Origin: Cyanophora paradoxa CCMP329
Lineage: Eukaryota > Plantae > Glaucophyta
NCBI GenBank assembly: GCA_004431415.1
Contig: QPMI01000106.1
Location: forward strand, 186,001-250,000
DNA: 64,000 nt
Reading direction: 5' to 3'
Part shown: positions 57,201 through 64,000 of the stretch, piece by piece
Layout: each line of letters opens with the position of its first letter
How positions within the stretch are numbered: position 1 is the stretch's first letter
Made by a program: the position numbers and the translations under genes
Notes under the pieces: generated by a model
Seen by the model: the letters and a program-made list of their open reading frames with translations, nothing else
Databases searched by the model: none
What the model was told of the DNA's origin: nothing

Positions 57201-60200
57201 TGCTTCCATTATCCAGCCCGGCTCGAGCGCAGCGGACGATAGCGCAGCCGTTTCTTCGTCCTGACGCTGTTTCTCTCGCAGCGCGAAGCTCTCGAAGACG
57301 CTGGGCCTCGTCACGCTCGCGGCGGCGGCGGCGCGCGCAAAGAAGCGCGCCGACGCCGCCGCCGCCGCGGGGGCCGCCGACGCCGCCGGCGATGGCGGCG
57401 CCGGCGGCGCGGCCGGGGCGGGGCAGGCGCCGGCGCCTCCGCCGCCGGACGAGGACGGCAGCAAGTTCAAGCAGGCGGTCCGGCGCGTAATGTACCAGAG
57501 AGTGCGACTCCTACCCGCCGCCCGCCCGCCCGCCTGCCCCGCAGCTCGAGCTAAAAAGCAGCGCTGACCTGACCTTCTTCTTAAGTAAAGAAGAAGCTTT
57601 ACAAAACATAAAACAAGCAGTAGAACTTAGAAAGCGAGCTGACCTTCCAGCTTCTCCCTTCTTCTTCTGACCTCGCCGGCCGCAGATCCTGGTGGGCAGG
57701 TCGGATTCGATGCTCTCCCGCGGGAACAACTCGATACGGGGCCCCGGCGACCGCGCCGCCATCGTGCGCTGTACCCCCCGTCCGTTCGTCCGTCTGTATG
57801 ACGACGCTGTACCCCTCCCCCGCCCTCCTCAGATGGCGCGGGCGCGCTCGGACTCGATCGCGAGCAGCAGGGGGGGAGGAGGCGGCCGCCCCGCCTCGGG
57901 GTCCCTCCGCGTCCGCTCCAACGGCTCCTTGAAGGGCGTCGTGGCGGCCTTCGTCGTCGGCGGGGCCCGCGCCGCGTCCACTCCGCCCCGCACCCGCACC
58001 GTCCGCATCGCCGGCGACGCAGCCGCCGCCGACGACGACGCCAAGTCCGAGGGCGGCAAGTCCGAGGGCGCCAAGTCCGGCCGCTCGGAGGGCAGCGGCG
58101 CCAGGCGCGCCCCGGGCCTCCCCGCCTCGGCCAGCAAGGCCGGATCCCGCCGGAACCTCCCCACTTCCCCCTCCCGCAAGGGCGCCTCCCCCGCCTCCGC
58201 CCCCGGCGCCGGCGGCGCCGGCGGCCGCCCCAAGAGCAGCAAGGTCCGTGTATCCCCCTTAGCCTGCCCGCTCCGCCCGTCCCGCAGGCTCCTAAGGGTG
58301 CGCGCAGTCGCTGAAGGGCGTCTCGACGACGCTGCTTCGATTCCCGCTGCGGTCGGCGAGCAAAGGCGAGGCGCTCAAGGGCTCCGCGGGGGGCGCCGAC
58401 TCGCCGGCCGACTCGGCGGCCTCCGGAGCCGAGGACGCCGAGTCGGAGGGCTGGCGGGACGGCCGCGGCTCGGCCGCCTCACTCCGCAAGGGCCCCTCCG
58501 GCGCCTCCCTCGCCGCCGCCGTCGCCGCCTCGCTGGCGGCGGCCGCGCCCGCGCCCGGGCCCGGCGGCGGGGCCGCCGAGGGCGGCCTGCTCTCGACCAT
58601 GTCGATGTCGCTGGGGCCCGAGCCCCTCTCGCCGCTGGCGGACCCGCTGGCGCCCTCGCCGGCCGCGGGGCCCCCGGCCTCCCCCTCGCCTTCCGTGCCG
58701 GCCTCGAAGTCGATGCGGGCGCCGCGGCCGCTCATCGTGGAGCCCGAGGACGAGGACGAGGACGAGGAGGAGGGGGGGGAGGGCGCCGAGGGGCACGGGC
58801 ACGAGCCGCCGAGCCCGGGAGGCGGGGTCGGGGGGCTGCTTGTACCCCCCGGGGGCGGATTCCTATCGGTCATCGCCGAATCCGAGCGCGAGAACGTCAG
58901 CGTCGCCACTGCGCGCTCCATGACGCCCTCGCCCCGCGGCGAGCCGCCCCCGTTCTCCGTCCCGTCCTCCCCGGGCGCCGGCACGCAGCGGCGCCACGTG
59001 ATGGCGCACCCCCCGCCGGCGCTCTCGCTGCCGCTGCCGAGCGTGCAGCCGCCCATCGACCTGATGCTCGCCGTGCCCCCCGTCTCGCCCTCCCCCTCCA
59101 CGCCCTCGCCTCGGGCCCAGCGGCGCCCCGCCGACGGCCGCGACCGCTTCTTCTTCGGCTCCGACGCCTCCGGCGCCTCCACCCTCTCCGCCTTCGCCGA
59201 AGGCTCCGCCTCCGCCTCCGCCTCCGCGCCCCTCTCCGAGCCGGCACCGGCGCCGCCCTCGCCGGGGCCCGGGCCGGCCCCCCGCGACTTTCTCTCGGAC
59301 CTCCCGCCCCCCTCGCCGCCGGGGACGCCCCCGGGCCGGGGTGGGGGTTGGGGGCGGAGCGGCCCCGCGCGCGGGCGCCGCCCGTCCCGCCGCTCGTCTT
59401 CGTGCACGTGCCGAGCGCCCCGGCGGCGCCCCGCGAGCGACCGGGGCGGCCGGCGCCGGGGCGGGATGGCGGGCCCCGCTCGGCCCGCGGGGCGCAGCAG
59501 CAGCCGCGGTCGGCGCGGCCCAAGCCGCCCGCGAAGACCGTCAACGGCTTCGCCTGCGCCCCGGCGCCGCCGGCGAATTCGAAGCCCGCCCGCGTCTGGG
59601 CCGTCCCCGTCGCCCCGGCGTGGGCCCCGCCCCCGACCGGCCGGCAGCGCGAGCCAGGCCGCAGAGCGCGCGCGCCGCCTCGGCCGGCGTCGGGGCCCGC
59701 CCGGTGGCCACGTCGGCGCCGAGCTCGCGGCGGGCGTCGCCCGAGCGGCCGCGGAGCGCGCGGGAGCCGTTGCCGGCGCCGGCCCCGCCGCCCCACTTCT
59801 TCATGGACGACGAGGAGGACGGCGAGGAGGAGGAGGAGCGGGCCCTCTGGCTCCGCGCCGAGCGCCGCGCCGCCGCCGTCGCCTGGACCGCCGCCGGCGG
59901 GCCCGATCGCGACGCCGGCCGGCCCCGCGGGGCGCGCCCCGCCGGCGCCGCCATGTCGGCTGTCCGGCACCGGCCGGGCGCCTCGGGCCTCCTCCGTACC
60001 CCGCTGGAGCTCTGGGGCGCCGAGCTGTACCCCTCCGTGCCCTCCCCCTGGACCCGTACGCCGGGGCGGCCGCAGCGTCTCGCCGAACTGGCAGCCGCGC
60101 CCGCCCTCCGCCGGCGCCCCGCGGCCCGCGCGGCGCCCGCACAGCGCCGGCGGCGCCTACGACCGCCGCTTCACCGTCGATTCCTCGTACCCCCTTTTCG

Positions 60201-60208
60201 GAAGCTGA
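54256..60208 (+). CDS. Arrestin-fold (N+C domain) protein with a very long low-complexity Ser/Pro/Arg tail
   Basis: PFTGGDE|IQGVIKI...REYAFSV...LHSSF....FTVKYVLVA...GNVTMSARVD....TPGSEFTLFVDVLNWTKK...SVDVYWTVLL...VEVPL. The 3' end and the exons of the tail are uncertain. Confidence 0.7.
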
Positions 60209-62319
60209 CCAATGATCGTTCGTCGCTCGCTCCAAGCTTGAGATGCACAGCTGTAGTGATCCGATCCCTAGTTTTTCGCGATTTCACTAGTGTAATTATA
60301 GGCGACCACGCGCCCCTGACTGGCCCCCTTTCACAGTGTAACCGCCGGTCTTCTTTGCCAGGTCTTCGAGTTCTGAATATTAATACAGATTTTACCAGTT
60401 GGCCGCATTAATATTGCAATTGAACATGCGTCTACATTTTGCAAGCTCATGATCAAGCTTAGCTTAAGCTAAAGGGGAGACGCATCAGCTCAGTCTCACG
60501 ATCAATATATATCATGATCAGCCATGCATTCGGCCATCGATACACGCACGGCTCAGCGTATCGCACACCAGGGGCCCCTGCAGCTGCCCGGCGCGCGTCG
60601 TGCCGCGGGTGCAGATGCGAACGCGCCAGCTCTTGTTGGCGCTGAAGTCGCCGTGGGCCCACGGGCCGGAGCAGACGATGCCCACCTTGCAGTCCCGCAC
60701 GACGCTCTCTACGACCTGCAGGAAAATATTAAAGGCCGCCCGTGGTCAGGCGCCCGTGAGCGCGAGCGATAAGTTAAATATATAGCAATAAGTCTTTAAT
60801 TGTTACAATTATAATTATGGAGCTCAGGCTTGATCACGATTCAAAGATCGCGCCTCGACGCGGCAATTCCGATGCTCAAATCTGACGCCGTTGGTGCAAT
60901 TGGCGATTTCGCTCCGGCTCACGCGCACAGTTGCACCGGGCTGGTTGCAGACGATGCCATGCTGCGCGCGTTCGCAGGCGGCCGATCACGATCAGATTCG
61001 GAGCGGGCGCGGGCGCAGCGCGGGCGGACTCCAGAGCATCCGGGATCTCGAATGTGCGCATGCCATTTTCGCAATTAATATTTCGGCGTAGGCGGGGCGA
61101 ATTCTGACCTGGGGCTTGCAGTCCGTGATGCGGCACGCTTCGAACGCGAGCGTGGACTGCAGCTGGAGCTCGCGAATGTCATCGAGGACTGGGCACCCGT
61201 CCTCGTCTTCCTATCCGGATGAGCTTGCGATATCGATCGAGCTCGAGAAGGCTCAAGCTTCGAACGCGAGCGCACGCGTAGACCGGAGGAGCGCCAGGTC
61301 GGCCCCGCGGGCCCCCGAGGTGGCGAAGACCCCCGTGGAGCCCCGCCCGACGATCGCACAGTTCTCGAAGCGGCTGTCGATTGCAATCAGGATCAGCGCT
61401 GGCGCCGGGCGCCAGTACCTAGCTATATATATAGTTTTTAGGAGTGCGAAAACCCTAAGAGGCGCCGCAGCGAAAATATTAAGCGCGAAGCCGAGTATAA
61501 ATGCGGCATCGTGCACCATGTAACCCCATCTCCCACGAGAAGCGTGCTGCCGCGAAGCTCCAAGTCTCGGAAAGTTACCTTCGCCTGCAAAATGTACTAA
61601 GTAGCGCTCGCGACTCGGCAATCAGAGCGAAATTAAAGCGAAACCCGGTTTGCCTGCGGACCGGATCGATATCCGAAGCGCTAGCGCGCATGCGCACCGA
61701 CTTTCCGCGGAAAGCGAAGAGGGCTCGCGACGGGGACTCGGACTGCAGAATAGTCGGGCTTGCGGAGTTCCCGGCGCATGCGATTGTGAGGTTGCAATTG
61801 GAAACCTGCTTCCCATTGTCAACGACTCGGCCGCGGGGGAGCGCATAATGGGAGCGCTTGAGTTAACCTAGGCCTGCTCACCTGCAGCGTCGTGCGCTTC
61901 GGAAAGACATGCAAGCCCGAGAGCACGCGGATCTCGATCTTGTCACAGCGGTCCCGCTGCGCTTGACTCCAGGCCTGCGCATGCGGCGCGCGCGTTGCTA
62001 CGCTATTTCTGCGCCTCGAGCTCGCGCAGCTAATTATAAGGATCGGCGCTCGAGAGCGCGGGCACCGCAGCGAAGGTCGGGAATTTGAGGGCGTCGTCGA
62101 TCTCGCCGCCCGCGGCGCCGGCGCCGGAGGCCGCATCGTCGGATGGCGGCGGTAGGACCCAGTAAGTGCGCGCGCGCAGCATCGCGTGGTCGCCGGGCGC
62201 CCGATCGTTCGGAATTAATATTCGCGCTCCGGATGCTCTCTCTATAGCTACAAGCTCGTGGCGCCCACAGCCGCTCGCGATCGATTGAGCAAATTTCGCG
62301 GCTGTCGCGAAAATCGCAA

Positions 62320-62471
62320 GTTCTCGTAGCTCAAATGGTTAGAGCGCCTCGAAGCTCTGGGCGATGCTCTTCGGATCGAGACCGGGTTCGAACCCGGGTT
62401 CGGACCCGAGCGAGCCCCGAAGAGTTGAAAACAGTCACGAGATGATCCGGGTTCGACTCCCGGCGAGAACA
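62320..62471 (+). tRNA. tRNA-like gene or pseudogene with an ~80-nt insertion in the anticodon loop; isotype not assignable
   Basis: Acceptor stem GTTCTCG/CGAGAAC-A, D-arm GCTC-AAATGGTTA-GAGC, anticodon stem CTCG/CGAG, T-arm CCGGG-TTCGACT-CCCGG. Confidence 0.6.
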
Positions 62472-63175
62472 TCTTGCTGCCAAAGCTGCGTCTTCGAAGT
62501 TGTCTTGAAAATCGTGATTTAATGATTCCTGGCGGGGTGCCCTGGCGCATCCGATGATCGCAATGACGCCGAGTCGATATCGATTCAATCGATATCGCGG
62601 TAAAACACGTGCACCGTGCACGGCGCTTGCAACTGCGCGGACATGAATAATTGAAAACTATGCATTGAATCGCAAAACCGCATTAATATTCTATGCATCA
62701 TTATAATTATTATTAAATCGCGCAGTACTTGGTTTTGCGTAGTTTCGCGAACTTGTTTAGCTTCGAAATTCGCCGGCGCCATCGAATTCGAATTATATTA
62801 GTGCTTACTGAGTCAACGAGGGCGGCCGCGCCGGCGGGGCGTTTCTGAGCGTGACCGCCAAAGGTCTGATCATATTTCGCCGAGTCGCCGGCGGATCCGA
62901 TTCGGATCGAATATCCGGACCAGACTCTGAGAATTCGAAGATTTGCGCTCCGTCGCGAGTTTCTGCCCCGCAGGAGCTCGTGTACTTGCCAGCGGTACCG
63001 GTCCAAATTTTGAAAGGAAATCAATTGAGGGGCCTGGCCGCCCGCTCGTGTGGTCTAGCTATAGTCAACGCAGAGGTGTGCGTGCACATGTGCATGTCCG
63101 CGACGAGGCCTGACTCGGTGCTTGTCACAGTGTCCTGTATAGATATAACTACATAGCCGAGGCAAGCTGGCTTCT

Positions 63176-64000
63176 CTAGATCTTGGGGCCGCCGCGGGAG
63201 GCCGGGCCCTGGAATTCAAAGTCCTCGAGTGCGCGGGCGAGCTCGCGGGCGAGCTCGGGGTGGGAGGCGGGGAGGGCGCGGTACTGCCCACTGCGCACGG
63301 TCTGCCGGCGCGTCTCGACGGCGCGCCGCAGCGCCAGCGCCCGCAGCGGCTGGCACGCCTCCTGCTCGGCAAGCACCAGCGCCTCGATCGCCACCCCGCC
63401 CTGCCGCAATCATGCTCATGATCCTGAGCGCACCGCGAGGGTGCCAGGCGCACCGCGAGGGTGCCGCGGCGGGCGAGGCTCTCGAGCAGGGGCTGGAGAA
63501 AGGCGGGGGCCCCGAAGAAGCGGGCCGCGCGCACGGCGTCCAGGTGGGCCCGGGCCTTGTACGGCGCGGCCGCGTTCGCGAGCGCTGCGATCACGACGCG
63601 CGTTTGCGATGCAAGACAATGTTAGCTGAGGCAGGACTGGCCGCGCCCGGGCCCGGGCCCGGGCCCGGGCGCACACAGAACGTCGTCCATGCGGAGCCCC
63701 TTGCAATTGGAGTGGACTTTGCCCGTGCACATGTAGCAGAACCGGAGGAACGAGCGAACTGTGTCCAGGTCGAAGCCGTGAACCTGCTGGTGCGCCGGCG
63801 CCGGCGTCAATTCGAATTTCTGGGGAACTAGAACTGGTGCTCCGGCAGGTCTACATCTAGAATTCGAAGGTATGGACAAGCTTAGGACTGGGGAAAGGAC
63901 TGGGCAGGGACGGGGTACGTGCGCGCCTCAACAACGCGGCTCAGGGACTCGCGCATCCCGGAGCTGAGCACGGCGCGGAAGTACTCGCTGTGGGGCTGCG
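63176..64000 (-). CDS. 3' part of a BTB/POZ-domain protein (possibly decaying)
   Basis: SEYFRAVLSSGMRESLSRVVE|VHGFDLDTVRSFLRFCY(MC)TGKV, then BACK-like helices (AIEALVLAEQEACQPLRALAL). Confidence 0.75.

Noticed and set aside
57692-60411. Very long overlapping ORFs (838, 538, 371 aa) as separate or antisense genes
   Set aside because: Stops are rare at this GC content, and the translations are Arg/Pro/Gly/Ala shadows of one spliced gene.
700-63900. Dense restriction-site hexamers as cloning-vector/polylinker contamination
   Set aside because: They are dispersed through native introns and intergenic DNA, differ between paralogs, and no vector backbone is present.

Overview
GC-rich, intron-dense eukaryotic nuclear DNA, so most ORF-track entries are exon fragments or GC-rich artefacts. 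I spliced the genes by hand. Plastid transit peptides with a Phe near the N-terminus and no signal peptide (MAF.../MF...), cyanobacteria-derived genes and a KCBP-type kinesin suggest a primary-plastid alga, most likely a glaucophyte such as Cyanophora; this is inference. Recognisable genes: MOCS2B, plant-type arogenate dehydrogenase, a kinase-less EDR1-domain protein, a cyanobacteria-like plastid membrane protein, a TRP/FLC-like membrane protein, a penta-EF-hand protein, an SRPBCC-sterol methyltransferase fusion, an acylated KCBP-like kinesin-14, MEKHLA, anthranilate synthase alpha, an arrestin-fold protein and a BTB gene end. A 4.7 kb tandem duplication (40675-45408 / 45409-50110) carries a gene with four DUF4379-type zinc-ribbon repeats and a DUF1499 gene. 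The first ~9.4 kb is a mosaic cluster of degenerate paralogous modules sprinkled with a 20-nt hairpin repeat. Best leads: (1) the two zinc-ribbon paralogs differ at both residues before the invariant Arg in all four repeats, a possible TALE-RVD-like specificity code in a putatively organelle-targeted protein; (2) a pervasive process that seems to create short perfect palindromes, visible by comparing duplicated copies; (3) the SRPBCC-SMT-NLS fusion; (4) frequent AG|GC splice donors; (5) a tRNA-like gene with a hairpin insert. No database searches were run.
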